From assembly GCA_964632485.1 (NCBI GenBank), contig CAZWDO010000008.1, positions 62,001-126,000 on the forward strand: a stretch of 64,000 nt of DNA, in the 5' to 3' direction. Shown piece by piece: positions 11,714 to 20,719 of the stretch; position 1 is the stretch's first letter, and every line of letters starts with the position of its first letter. This stretch comes from an uncultured bacterium. Lineage in GTDB: Bacteria > JAGOEH01. The position numbers were made by a program, and so were the translations under genes. The notes below the pieces were generated by a model. The model ran no database searches, was not told the origin of the DNA, and saw only the letters and a program-made list of their open reading frames with translations.

Positions 11714-12231
11714 TAAAACTCAATTCCCTTTCTGGCTTCGACTCCTTGTTGGTAATAATGGCGGATTTCTTTCATTTCAGTTACCAGATCGGCTAACGAT
11801 AAAAGTTCTTCGGGCATTTTACGCCCGGTAATTACAATTTCCAATCCCATGGGTTTATTTTTTAGAAAAACAATGATTTCTTCCAGATTCAGTAATTGAT
11901 AGTATAGGGCGATATTTAATTCGTCAAGGATTAAAAGATCGGGAGCGTTATTATGAATGAGCTTGGTGACTTCGTCCCAACCTGCCCGGGCGGCTTGAAA
12001 ATCTTCAGGTTGAGGTTGTTGATGAATGAAGCAAGTCCGGCCATATTGGCGTAATGTGATCTCCTCGTTAAAACGGGAAATGGAATTCAGTTCTGAGTAT
12101 TTTTGACCTTTGACGAATTGGGCGATGAAGACCGATAGCCCTGCTCCGGCTGCGCGCAGGGCCAGTCCCAGCGCCGCAGTTGTTTTGCCTTTACCGTCGC
12201 CGGTATAAATCTGGATGTAGCCGTGTTCCAT
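11713..12231 (-). CDS. cobO: Cob(I)alamin adenosyltransferase (CobO/BtuR type)
   Basis: YTGDGKGKTTAALG, QFVKG, LILDE, VITGR, ADLVTEM, ARKGIEF. Confidence 0.92.
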   Translation of the reverse strand: MEHGYIQIYTGDGKGKTTAALGLALRAAGAGLSVFIAQFVKGQKYSELNSISRFNEEITLRQYGRTCFIHQQPQPEDFQAARAGWDEVTKLIHNNAPDLLILDELNIALYYQLLNLEEIIVFLKNKPMGLEIVITGRKMPEELLSLADLVTEMKEIRHYYQQGVEARKGIEF

Positions 12232-12270
12232 TGCTCTCCTATCCCTGCCGTCTCATTTTGTAGCTGATGC

Positions 12271-13731
12271 TTAGATTTTATACTGGGGGTCTTTTTGAAA
12301 AAGCAGGCGGTATGTCTGGTTAAACTCGCTTTTTCCGCATAGTAGCATCGTTGCGAACGGCCAGATAGATTGTGCGGCTTGGGCCAGTTCGTTCGATAAG
12401 TGGCGGATATCCCATTGAGCATGAGAATCTGATCGTAGCCTGACGAAATGATATAATTCCCGCAGATTCATTTTCATAATGAAGGCGCGACGATGCCCAT
12501 TGGTTAGCATATAGTCGGCGGCCCTGCCGTAGCGCTTTTTAATTCCCTGATAGAGATCTGAAACCTGATTTTGAAGTTTGAAATAATCTTCACTTAATCC
12601 GGTTTCATGGAATAAGGGAGGAATTGTGATGCCCAAATCCGGGTGATAATCATCGCAAAGGAGGGTTGCCATGCGATGACGCTTTAGCTGCGCATAATTA
12701 GCGGCGCTAATAACGCCTTGAAAGGTTAATCCTGCTAATTCAAATATGCGCGGCAAATGATCAAAAAATTCCATCTTATCAAAAAATTGGCGATAAATCG
12801 CCTTTTTTTGGTCCATCGGGTAGGTAGCAACAATTATTAAGGCTTCCTGAAATGATATTCCCCGCTTATTTGCCAGGGATGCGGCTAAAATTTTATCATC
12901 ACCCGCGGCGGTAAATTCGATCACTTCCAGTTCATAGGGGGGATTGCCGGAGTTTTTTTTGCAATTTGTGGGGGAGTCGGAAAATTGGAATGTGTGGCTA
13001 TCAAACTCAGAAGGATTATGAAACAATATCAGAGAGGGAGCAATGGGTTGGATCAACTGGTAAATCCGACGCCCTATTTCCTGCACTTCATCCAAGGGAT
13101 GTATGGCAAAGCGGCGCATTAAATGCTCGATATTGCGGGCGTTGATTGTAACTCCTACCTGTCCGGTCATTGCCATTGGCAGGATGTAACGGGCATCTTC
13201 TTTCGCCCAACCCTCCAATGTTCGTTTGCCGCCACTTTGATTGAGAGTTAAAGCTGAATTTTGAAAATGATACTCTTTTAAACGGGATAAAGCGAGTTGG
13301 TAAAATTTAAATTGGCTTTCAAAGAGTTCAGATATGCGTTGCCGGTCTGTGGGATTTTCGATTGTTTTCGGTAGATGGTAATCACCGTTCAAAGTGACAT
13401 AACGTTGAGATTTTTCGGTATAGGAAACCAGACGGAATTGCTCTAAGGCTTCCAACGCCAGACGTGAGATATCCAGTATATCGAGGTTGAAGACGGCATG
13501 CTCGGCTATGGAGTGATGTCCCATTTCAAAAATGATAGTCTGATTTGAATGACGGGTTCGGCTAACATCGTCGCGGGCTTCCCGCCGCAAGGCGGGGATT
13601 CTTTTTTCACTGCGGCTGATTCGCGCATAAGCGGCGCTGATTGTCTCGGGAGTCAGTTCGGGATTCCCTGCCAAATTGCTTTCCTGCAGTAAGTCATAAT
13701 CGATATTCATTCCGGCAAGTCGGATTTCCAT
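12271..13731 (-). CDS. thyX: Flavin-dependent thymidylate synthase with tandem-duplicated Thy1 domains
   Basis: SAAYARISRS, GHHSIAEHA, SYTEKSQRY and EDARYILP in domain 1; QLKRHR and NLRELYHFVRLRSDSHAQWDIR in domain 2. Confidence 0.85.
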   Translation of the reverse strand: MEIRLAGMNIDYDLLQESNLAGNPELTPETISAAYARISRSEKRIPALRREARDDVSRTRHSNQTIIFEMGHHSIAEHAVFNLDILDISRLALEALEQFRLVSYTEKSQRYVTLNGDYHLPKTIENPTDRQRISELFESQFKFYQLALSRLKEYHFQNSALTLNQSGGKRTLEGWAKEDARYILPMAMTGQVGVTINARNIEHLMRRFAIHPLDEVQEIGRRIYQLIQPIAPSLILFHNPSEFDSHTFQFSDSPTNCKKNSGNPPYELEVIEFTAAGDDKILAASLANKRGISFQEALIIVATYPMDQKKAIYRQFFDKMEFFDHLPRIFELAGLTFQGVISAANYAQLKRHRMATLLCDDYHPDLGITIPPLFHETGLSEDYFKLQNQVSDLYQGIKKRYGRAADYMLTNGHRRAFIMKMNLRELYHFVRLRSDSHAQWDIRHLSNELAQAAQSIWPFATMLLCGKSEFNQTYRLLFQKDPQYKI

Positions 13732-13740
13732 ATCTGGCTC

Positions 13741-14433
13741 CTAAATTTGTATGTCGGTAAAAATTTCCAGTTTTTCTGTATCCAGTTTGGGATACTTTCG
13801 ATTTTTTTTCGGATGGTTCATCAGTTCCAGAAATTCCTTCAAAACATCTCGTTTGTCGCTTCCGGTAACAAATAAAAACAGCCGTTTGGAACGGTTGATA
13901 ATATCCGCACTAAGCCCAAGTCTGAGAGAATTGGGTTTAAATGGATTTTCCACAAACTCTGCTTGATTGACCGACCGGTTTAGCAATAATTTGCTTTTGG
14001 GATAAAAAGGGGCGATGTAGCCGTTGATATTAAGTCCCAGAAGGGCAACATCGAACTGTATATTATTTTTGAAAAAAGTATTTAATCCCTGAATATAATC
14101 GTCTGCCGCTTTACTTTTAAGTTCACCCATGATACGATGGATATTGCTGTGAGGTAACATGATGTGATCAAGCAGGTATTGTTGAATCAGGCGATAGTTG
14201 CTGTGTTGGCTGTCGGGGGAGACAATACGTTCGTTATGCCAGAAAATATGCACCCAATTCCAATCAACCGATTGCATGGCCAGATGGGAGAGATAATAAG
14301 CCGGCGAGTTTCCCCCCGTGAAGGCGATGCTGAAGAAGTTTCGTTGTTCGATAGTTTTTTGAATATCTTCGGCAATTTGCGCTGCCATTTGACGGGCAGT
14401 ATGCAGGGCGTCGTTGAATGTGCGAATAATCAT
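13741..14433 (-). CDS. pgl: 6-phosphogluconolactonase-like protein (DevB/Pgl family) with degenerate catalytic motifs
   Basis: FTGGNSP, HIFWHNERIV, SNY, FDVALLG, FVTGSDK; start re-placed at the ATG overlapping the uppP stop (ATGA, 14433). Confidence 0.7.
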   Translation of the reverse strand: MIIRTFNDALHTARQMAAQIAEDIQKTIEQRNFFSIAFTGGNSPAYYLSHLAMQSVDWNWVHIFWHNERIVSPDSQHSNYRLIQQYLLDHIMLPHSNIHRIMGELKSKAADDYIQGLNTFFKNNIQFDVALLGLNINGYIAPFYPKSKLLLNRSVNQAEFVENPFKPNSLRLGLSADIINRSKRLFLFVTGSDKRDVLKEFLELMNHPKKNRKYPKLDTEKLEIFTDIQI

Positions 14434-15188
14434 AGAATCCATACCAGTAATGCGGTGAATGCCATAAAAATACAATAATAAGAAAAATAACGGAATCGTT
14501 TGCCGGCCAGCGTCCAATAGAGGAGTTTCAATGCAATGATGCCGCAGAAAAAGGTGACGATGAATCCGGTTAACAGAAAAGAAACAGGATAAGGCGAGGG
14601 AATGGTAAAAAGTTGATGGGTTTTAAGCAGGGTAGCGCCTGCAAGCAGGGGAATGGCCAGCATAAAGGAGTACTCGGCGGCGTCTTCCCGGGTCATGCCG
14701 GCTTGAACTCCGGCGGTAATAGTGGTTCCGGCGCGGGAAATGCCCGGCAAAAGAGCGATTACCTGGGCCCAGCCAACGATCCATGCCTGGCGGATACCCG
14801 GCTTGACCGGCGCTTCTTTTTCCCGGTCGGTGAATTGAAGCTGAATTCCGTTTACTAACCAGGTGAGTGAAAGTATGGGCAAGAGAAATAAATGGCTTTC
14901 AACCCACTCGTCCAGCAACAGTCCAATGATCCCCGCGGGAAGAATACCGATAAAAATGCGGCTGAAATAGGCGTAGTCCCGGGATGCCAGGAGCGACCAA
15001 ATTTTTTTCCGGAAAAAATAGAGTATAGAAAACAGGGTGCCGCCATGCAGCAGAACATCCAGTGTGAGTTGAGCTTCGGTAAGTCCGAATAAATGTTGGA
15101 AAAAGAGAAGATGGCCGGAACTGGAAATCGGCAGAAATTCCGTGATGCCCTGAATGACGGCCAATACGATAATCTTTATGAGGAGCAT
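14430..15188 (-). CDS. uppP: Undecaprenyl-diphosphate phosphatase
   Basis: QGITEFLPISSSGHL and ALLPGISRAGTTI motifs; polytopic membrane protein. Confidence 0.93.
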   Translation of the reverse strand: MLLIKIIVLAVIQGITEFLPISSSGHLLFFQHLFGLTEAQLTLDVLLHGGTLFSILYFFRKKIWSLLASRDYAYFSRIFIGILPAGIIGLLLDEWVESHLFLLPILSLTWLVNGIQLQFTDREKEAPVKPGIRQAWIVGWAQVIALLPGISRAGTTITAGVQAGMTREDAAEYSFMLAIPLLAGATLLKTHQLFTIPSPYPVSFLLTGFIVTFFCGIIALKLLYWTLAGKRFRYFSYYCIFMAFTALLVWIL

Positions 15189-16267
15189 GTTTTTCCCCGG
15201 GTCTGTTTTTCAATGAGTTCAATTAAATAATCTACGAGTTTGTCTTCCGGTAGTTTAGCGACAATTTTACCCTGTTGAAAGACCAGTCCTTCACCGTTGC
15301 CACCGGCAATACCGAAATCGGCATGGCGGGCTTCGCCGGGCCCATTAACCGCGCAACCCATTACCGCCACCACCCAGGGATAGGTCATATTGCTTAAGCG
15401 CTGGCTGACTTTTTCCGCCAGTTCTGTCAGGTTAACTTCCGTGCGGCCACATGTAGGGCAGGCGATAATATCGGGTCGGAACCGACGGATTTTAAGGCTT
15501 TGAAGCAGGCTTTGAGCGACTTTAATCTCTTCAATGGGATCGCCGGTGAGTGAAATGCGGAGCGTATCCCCGATTCCGTTCAGTAACAGAGCCCCAAGTC
15601 CGGCCGCAGATTTTACAATAGCGTCAAGACCAACGCCCGCTTCTGTAATCCCGATGTGGAGCGGGTAATCGGTTAATTCTGAAAGCTGTTGACAGGCGAT
15701 ATACGTTTCGACAACTTGACTGGATTTGACGGCGATGACCAGTTGTTCAAAACCTTCATCAGTAAAGAAACGAATCCATTCGCAAGCGCTTTCAACGAGG
15801 GCCTGGGCGCAGGGAATCGGATATTTTTGCTGAATATGTTTGGCCAGAGATCCGCTGTTGACCCCGATTCGGATGGCGGTCTGCTTCTTTTTGGCAGCGT
15901 GGATAATCGCTCGTAAAAAATCGGGATTGCCGATATTGCCGGGATTGATCCTGATTTTGTCAATACCGCGTTCAATCGCCATCAAAGCCAGTTGGTAGTC
16001 GAAATGGATATCAGCCACGAGAGGTATCCGGATCGCTTTTTTGATATGAGGAATCGCTTCGGCGGATTTTTCATCTGGAATGGCGATTCGGGCGATTTCA
16101 CATCCGGCGTTTTCCAGCCGTTGAATCTGATCAATGGTCGCCGCCCAGTCGGAAGTGTGCGTATTAGTCATGGATTGAATGGCAATCGGATGAACTCCTC
16201 CAATTTTAACCGCGCCGATGCGGACTTCACGAGTGTTGCGGCGTTGGATTGCAGTTTCATGAAACAT
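15176..16267 (-). CDS. ispG: 4-hydroxy-3-methylbut-2-en-1-yl diphosphate synthase
   Basis: QSMTNT, LVADIHF, RINPGNIG, RIGVNSGSL, CPTCGR, AVMGCAVNGPGEA. Confidence 0.96.
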   Translation of the reverse strand: MFHETAIQRRNTREVRIGAVKIGGVHPIAIQSMTNTHTSDWAATIDQIQRLENAGCEIARIAIPDEKSAEAIPHIKKAIRIPLVADIHFDYQLALMAIERGIDKIRINPGNIGNPDFLRAIIHAAKKKQTAIRIGVNSGSLAKHIQQKYPIPCAQALVESACEWIRFFTDEGFEQLVIAVKSSQVVETYIACQQLSELTDYPLHIGITEAGVGLDAIVKSAAGLGALLLNGIGDTLRISLTGDPIEEIKVAQSLLQSLKIRRFRPDIIACPTCGRTEVNLTELAEKVSQRLSNMTYPWVVAVMGCAVNGPGEARHADFGIAGGNGEGLVFQQGKIVAKLPEDKLVDYLIELIEKQTRGKTCSS

Positions 16268-17375
16268 GGCGTATCATTCCTTTTTCAATATAGAAACATC
16301 GATGATCTGAAGGTAAAAGGGCCAGCTCATCTTCGCGTGGAAGGGTGATGAAAACCTGGCTGAAATGGGGGAACAGGTGAACCAGAGACCGGGCCCGTTT
16401 GATGTCTAACTCTGAAAAAATATCGTCAAGCATTAAAATAGGTTTACGCGTAAAGTATTGAAAATAAAACTCGGCCAACGCGAGTTTCAAGGCAATGATC
16501 AATGATTTGTGCTGGCCCTGGGAGGCAAAGAATCGACTGCTTTGTTTGTTGATTGTGATTTCCATATCGTCCCGTTGGGGGCCAATCAGGACTTGCATCA
16601 TTTCACGTTCTTTCTCCGCGCGCGCCTCCAAAAAACTATAAATCCCTTCAACGGTCGAGTCATTTAAGTTGGGTTTGTAGCGGATAGCGACCGATTCCAT
16701 ACCCTCATCGATCCGTTGATAAAAAGACATAAAAAGGGGAGCTAACTGTTCGATGAGCTGGCTGCGTCTTTGCATCAGCAATGCAAAGCGCGGGCTGAGT
16801 TGTTGGTTGATAATCGACCCCAGAGTGGAGTCGCTTGAGGGGGTTTTCAATAATTGTTGCTTTTGTAATAATAACTGGCGTGTTTCTTGTAAAGCGATCA
16901 GGTATTCCGCATCAATCTGGGTCAGCGCCTGGTCTAAAAACCGACGTCGGTCAGCCGGATTCCCCTGAGTAATGACGCGATCCTCCAGGGAAAGAATGAC
17001 GATATTGACCTGTCCTACCAATTGACTGAGTTTCTGAAGTTTTTGCTCGTTCAGTTTGATGGTTTTCCCTGTTTTACGGTCAAAACTTATGGTAAAATGC
17101 CGGGATTGGTGAATCCTGTGTCCTGAATTCAGTTGTGTTTCTTCCGTCATTTCACCCTGCACCAAAAAATCTGCTTGCTGGAACATGACGAGTTGGCGGT
17201 CTGAGGCCTGTTTGAAGGAACGCCCCTGTTGAATATAGGCTAATGCCTCCATCAGATTCGTTTTACCCTGCCCGTTGGGGCCGATAAATATATTGCCAAC
17301 TGGGTGAAAATTCAATTGGACTTCCTGCCAGTTGCGGAATCGATACAGATCGATTTTATCGATGCGAAGTTCCAA
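16257..17375 (-). CDS. recF: DNA replication and repair protein RecF
   Basis: FRN, Walker A GPNGQGKTN, RRRFLD, GPQRDD, SQGQHK, LMLDDIFSELD; TTG start. Confidence 0.93.
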   Translation of the reverse strand: MELRIDKIDLYRFRNWQEVQLNFHPVGNIFIGPNGQGKTNLMEALAYIQQGRSFKQASDRQLVMFQQADFLVQGEMTEETQLNSGHRIHQSRHFTISFDRKTGKTIKLNEQKLQKLSQLVGQVNIVILSLEDRVITQGNPADRRRFLDQALTQIDAEYLIALQETRQLLLQKQQLLKTPSSDSTLGSIINQQLSPRFALLMQRRSQLIEQLAPLFMSFYQRIDEGMESVAIRYKPNLNDSTVEGIYSFLEARAEKEREMMQVLIGPQRDDMEITINKQSSRFFASQGQHKSLIIALKLALAEFYFQYFTRKPILMLDDIFSELDIKRARSLVHLFPHFSQVFITLPREDELALLPSDHRCFYIEKGMIRHVS

Positions 17376-17382
17376 AATTTCC

Positions 17383-18516
17383 TTAGACTTCCTGAAATTT
17401 CAGGGGCATGACGACATATTGTATTTCCTGGTTTTCCGGTTGTTCTGAAGGAATCACCAGAGTTGCGGTATTGGATAATTTGAGTTTAAAAATAACTTTT
17501 TCGCAATCCAGAGCCTTCAGAATGGTTAGTATATATTCACTATTAAATCCGATTTGCAATGCATCGCCTTTAAATTGAATTGGAATCTCATCGGTGGCTT
17601 CGTCTCCACTTTCGATATTCATGCCGCTCATGCCCAATGTTTCTTCGGTAAAATTGAATTTGACTAAGTGCGTATTCAGGTTAGAAAGCTGTGATACGCT
17701 TCGCAAAGCCTGTTTCAATTCATTGACGGATACTTCGGCAACTGTTTCATTGTTGAAGGGGATTACGCGCTCATATTCGGGAAATGGTCCGCGTAACAGA
17801 TTTGTATAGACCATGAAATCCTGCACCTTGAGAACCATGTGGTTTGTTTCGAATTTTACATAGAGCATGGGCATTTCTTCGTTTTCAAGTTTTGTTAACA
17901 GCCGGAGGGCTTTGGGCGGAACAATCGCGTCCCGGTTAGTGTCCATCGCGCCGCGTTTGATGGGTTCGACTTTGTAAAACACCCGCGCCAATTTATGCGT
18001 ATCGGTGGCGACAAGATCAAATCCATTCGGTTTCATCACCCAATAGATGCCCATGAAGGCGGGGCGCGGGTCATCGACAGCCACTGCAAAGCTCACTGTT
18101 TCAATAACATTGCCAATTATTTTCGCTGGGATTTCATAATCAAAATTTTCAACGGTTTCGGGTCGTTCAGGATATAAAGTAGGATCATAACCGCTTAGCC
18201 GATAATTACTTTTTCCTGAGGTGAAGACTCCATTGTGGTCTTTGTTTTCTATCGTAATCGTTTCATGGCGCCAATCCCGCACGACATCCATAAATTTTTT
18301 TGCGGGGATGGCCAATTGCCCATCAGTTTCGATCTGGGCGGGAATCCAACCCATCACGGTGACTTCGCCATCAGTACCAGTCAGTTGTATTCTATCGCCC
18401 TGTGTTTCCATGAGGACACAACTGTAGATTTCCGATGTTGTTACTTTGCCGCTAATCACGCTATTAACCTTAGCCAGCATTTTAAACAAATTATCCTTGG
18501 CAACAATAAGTTTCAT
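17383..18516 (-). CDS. dnaN: DNA polymerase III beta sliding clamp
   Basis: LTGTDGEV, VATDTHKLA, FPEYERVIP, IGFNSEY, C-terminal VVMPL; directly upstream of recF. Confidence 0.95.
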   Translation of the reverse strand: MKLIVAKDNLFKMLAKVNSVISGKVTTSEIYSCVLMETQGDRIQLTGTDGEVTVMGWIPAQIETDGQLAIPAKKFMDVVRDWRHETITIENKDHNGVFTSGKSNYRLSGYDPTLYPERPETVENFDYEIPAKIIGNVIETVSFAVAVDDPRPAFMGIYWVMKPNGFDLVATDTHKLARVFYKVEPIKRGAMDTNRDAIVPPKALRLLTKLENEEMPMLYVKFETNHMVLKVQDFMVYTNLLRGPFPEYERVIPFNNETVAEVSVNELKQALRSVSQLSNLNTHLVKFNFTEETLGMSGMNIESGDEATDEIPIQFKGDALQIGFNSEYILTILKALDCEKVIFKLKLSNTATLVIPSEQPENQEIQYVVMPLKFQEV

Positions 18517-19370
18517 ATTTTTCCTCCTGGTGTTAAACTGCTTTTTAGCGTTTGAGCCAATTCTATCAGTTTTTCGAATGATAATGTTTCTCCACGAGTT
18601 CTGGGATCGATATCACAGGTTTGCAATTGGGTTCCAATTTGAGATTCGATAGGTTTGAAATAGGGATAACGGGTCAAACTATTTAATATATTTTTCCGAC
18701 GGCTTGTAAATATAGCCTTGGCTAAGTGTTCAAAAGTTTCCGTTAATGACGCAGGTACCAGGGGTTGGGTTCTGGGAATCAACTGCAGTACCGTTGAACG
18801 GACCTGGGTTTGGGGATAAAAATGGCGGCCTGAAACTTGTTTGATTACCGTAATTTCAAAACGATTCTGCAAAAAAAGGGATAATCGTCCAAAGGATTTG
18901 TTGACTGGTTTAGCTGTTATGCGTTGAGCAACTTCAGCTTGCACCATTACAATAATGCGATTGAAAAGTTCTGCATTTAGCACTAATTGTTCAAGTATTG
19001 GTGTGGTAATATAATATGGAAGATTGCCCACTACTTTAACGGGTGGAGTGAGTGAATTCCAAAATTGCGCTTTCACTTCCAGTATATCTTCTTCTAATAT
19101 TTGTATCGCTGGATAGCGCTCCAGCAATAATTCGACCATGGCATGATCTTTTTCAATGGCAGTAAACTGATGCCCTTTATTCCAAATAAATTGAGTCAGT
19201 TGCCCGGTGCCGGAACCTATCTCCACGAGGGTGTCATCGGATTGAATATCCAAGGCTGTGACAATTAAGCGGATGGTGTATTCATCCAGTAAAAAATGTT
19301 GGCCCAGATCGTGTTTGGCATAAAGCTTTCTGTTTTTTAAATCAGTCTTAATTTTTTTTAGTGATTGCAT
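18513..19370 (-). CDS. rsmA: 16S rRNA m6,6A dimethyltransferase
   Basis: LGQHFL, EIGSGTG, IEKD, VGNLPYYITTP, MVQAEVAQR. Confidence 0.95.
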   Translation of the reverse strand: MQSLKKIKTDLKNRKLYAKHDLGQHFLLDEYTIRLIVTALDIQSDDTLVEIGSGTGQLTQFIWNKGHQFTAIEKDHAMVELLLERYPAIQILEEDILEVKAQFWNSLTPPVKVVGNLPYYITTPILEQLVLNAELFNRIIVMVQAEVAQRITAKPVNKSFGRLSLFLQNRFEITVIKQVSGRHFYPQTQVRSTVLQLIPRTQPLVPASLTETFEHLAKAIFTSRRKNILNSLTRYPYFKPIESQIGTQLQTCDIDPRTRGETLSFEKLIELAQTLKSSLTPGGKI

Positions 19371-19399
19371 GGGTTTAATTCCAGTCTCATAAGCTGCAT

Positions 19400-20602
19400 T
19401 TAGTCAGTCAAAGTTGGTTTTATCAGCGCTGCCGCAACTAAATTGGCAATTTGGCCTCTAAGACGGTTAATATTGGGCCGTTCGTAAGGATGTACCCGAT
19501 TGGTCAGAATAATCAGGTAGATTCCCGTGGATTTATCGGTCCAGATTGAAGTGCCGGTAAAACCAGTATGTCCAAAGCCAGTCTCCGCGAAAATATCTCC
19601 TTTTTCAGCATTGTAATCACTGCTGACATCCCATCCGGGAGATCGGCCTAAGGATGAAAAAGCTGGAGAAAGGCTGGTATAGGCTTTTACGGTCAAGGGG
19701 CTGAAGATTTGCCGGTTTTGAAAGCTTCCATCGTTCAGCAGCATCATGATGAAGCGCGCTAAATCATCGACTGTGCTGAATAATCCCGCATTGCCGGAAA
19801 TACCGCCGATTGTGTCTGCTAATGGATCATGAACGGTTCCCCATATAAATCGGCCATCTTTGAGTTCCGTGGGGGCGATCCGGTTTTTCCAATCATTTGG
19901 GGGATTATAGGTCGTTGAGGATAACCCCATGGGCTGGTAAATATATTTTTGGGTAAAATCATTTAAAGATATCCCGCTAACTTTTTCCACTATAAATCCT
20001 AATGTAATATATCCCAGGCAACTATAAACAAATTTCGTGCCCGGTTCATATAATTTGGTTTGTGTGGCAATTTCATGCATCAGATTTTTAAAATTAATGG
20101 GTCTGATTTTTTTTGAAAGAGCTTCAAGGACAAAATAAGGCGGCAGTCCAGCGCTATGCAATAGAAGGTGTTCGATTCGAATTGTAGTTTTTTGCAGGGT
20201 CCGGGGATCGGTATAATCGCTGAATTCCGGAATGTAGAGGGAAACCGGGTCATGCAGGGTGAGTTTTCCCATTTCAACCAGCTTCCAGATGGCGGCAGCG
20301 GTCGCTATTGGCTTGGTCATTGAGGCTATATCAAAAACAGTCTCCGTTGTCATCCTGTCGTTTTTAATCCAGAGATTGCGGACGCCGAATGCCTTTCGGT
20401 AAATAACATGATTAAAACGGCCTACCAGAACGACTCCCCCTGGAATAAGAGTGTCGTTTATCGCTTGAATCATAACGGAATCAATACGGTTCAACAGTGT
20501 TGGATCTACTCCGGATTGAATGGGATCGCTCAGAGGAATTTCCTCAGTGGCATTCAGCAGTGTAAAAAAAGTGATAAAGATAAAAAAGCATTTCCACTTC
20601 AT
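19400..20602 (-). CDS. Exported serine hydrolase, beta-lactamase/AmiE-YbbE-like family
   Basis: Signal peptide; SxxK (ASMTK), YSC, GTVHD, GNAGLFST, GHTGFTG, LTNRVHP. Confidence 0.85.
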   Translation of the reverse strand: MKWKCFFIFITFFTLLNATEEIPLSDPIQSGVDPTLLNRIDSVMIQAINDTLIPGGVVLVGRFNHVIYRKAFGVRNLWIKNDRMTTETVFDIASMTKPIATAAAIWKLVEMGKLTLHDPVSLYIPEFSDYTDPRTLQKTTIRIEHLLLHSAGLPPYFVLEALSKKIRPINFKNLMHEIATQTKLYEPGTKFVYSCLGYITLGFIVEKVSGISLNDFTQKYIYQPMGLSSTTYNPPNDWKNRIAPTELKDGRFIWGTVHDPLADTIGGISGNAGLFSTVDDLARFIMMLLNDGSFQNRQIFSPLTVKAYTSLSPAFSSLGRSPGWDVSSDYNAEKGDIFAETGFGHTGFTGTSIWTDKSTGIYLIILTNRVHPYERPNINRLRGQIANLVAAALIKPTLTD

Positions 20603-20669
20603 CCGAAGGCTCCTTTAAAAACAGGGTCAATTGGAAGGGGTTTTTGTAGCCGGGTCCGCTGTTGCTTAT

Positions 20670-20704
20670 AAAAAAAGGGAGAGACTATGTGGCAGTCTCT
20701 CCCT
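20670..20704 (-). terminator. Rho-independent terminator after the PLP-enzyme gene
   Basis: 11-bp stem AGGGAGAGACT/AGTCTCTCCCT followed on the minus strand by a T-run. Confidence 0.8.
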
Positions 20705-20719
20705 AAAAAAGGACGGAAA

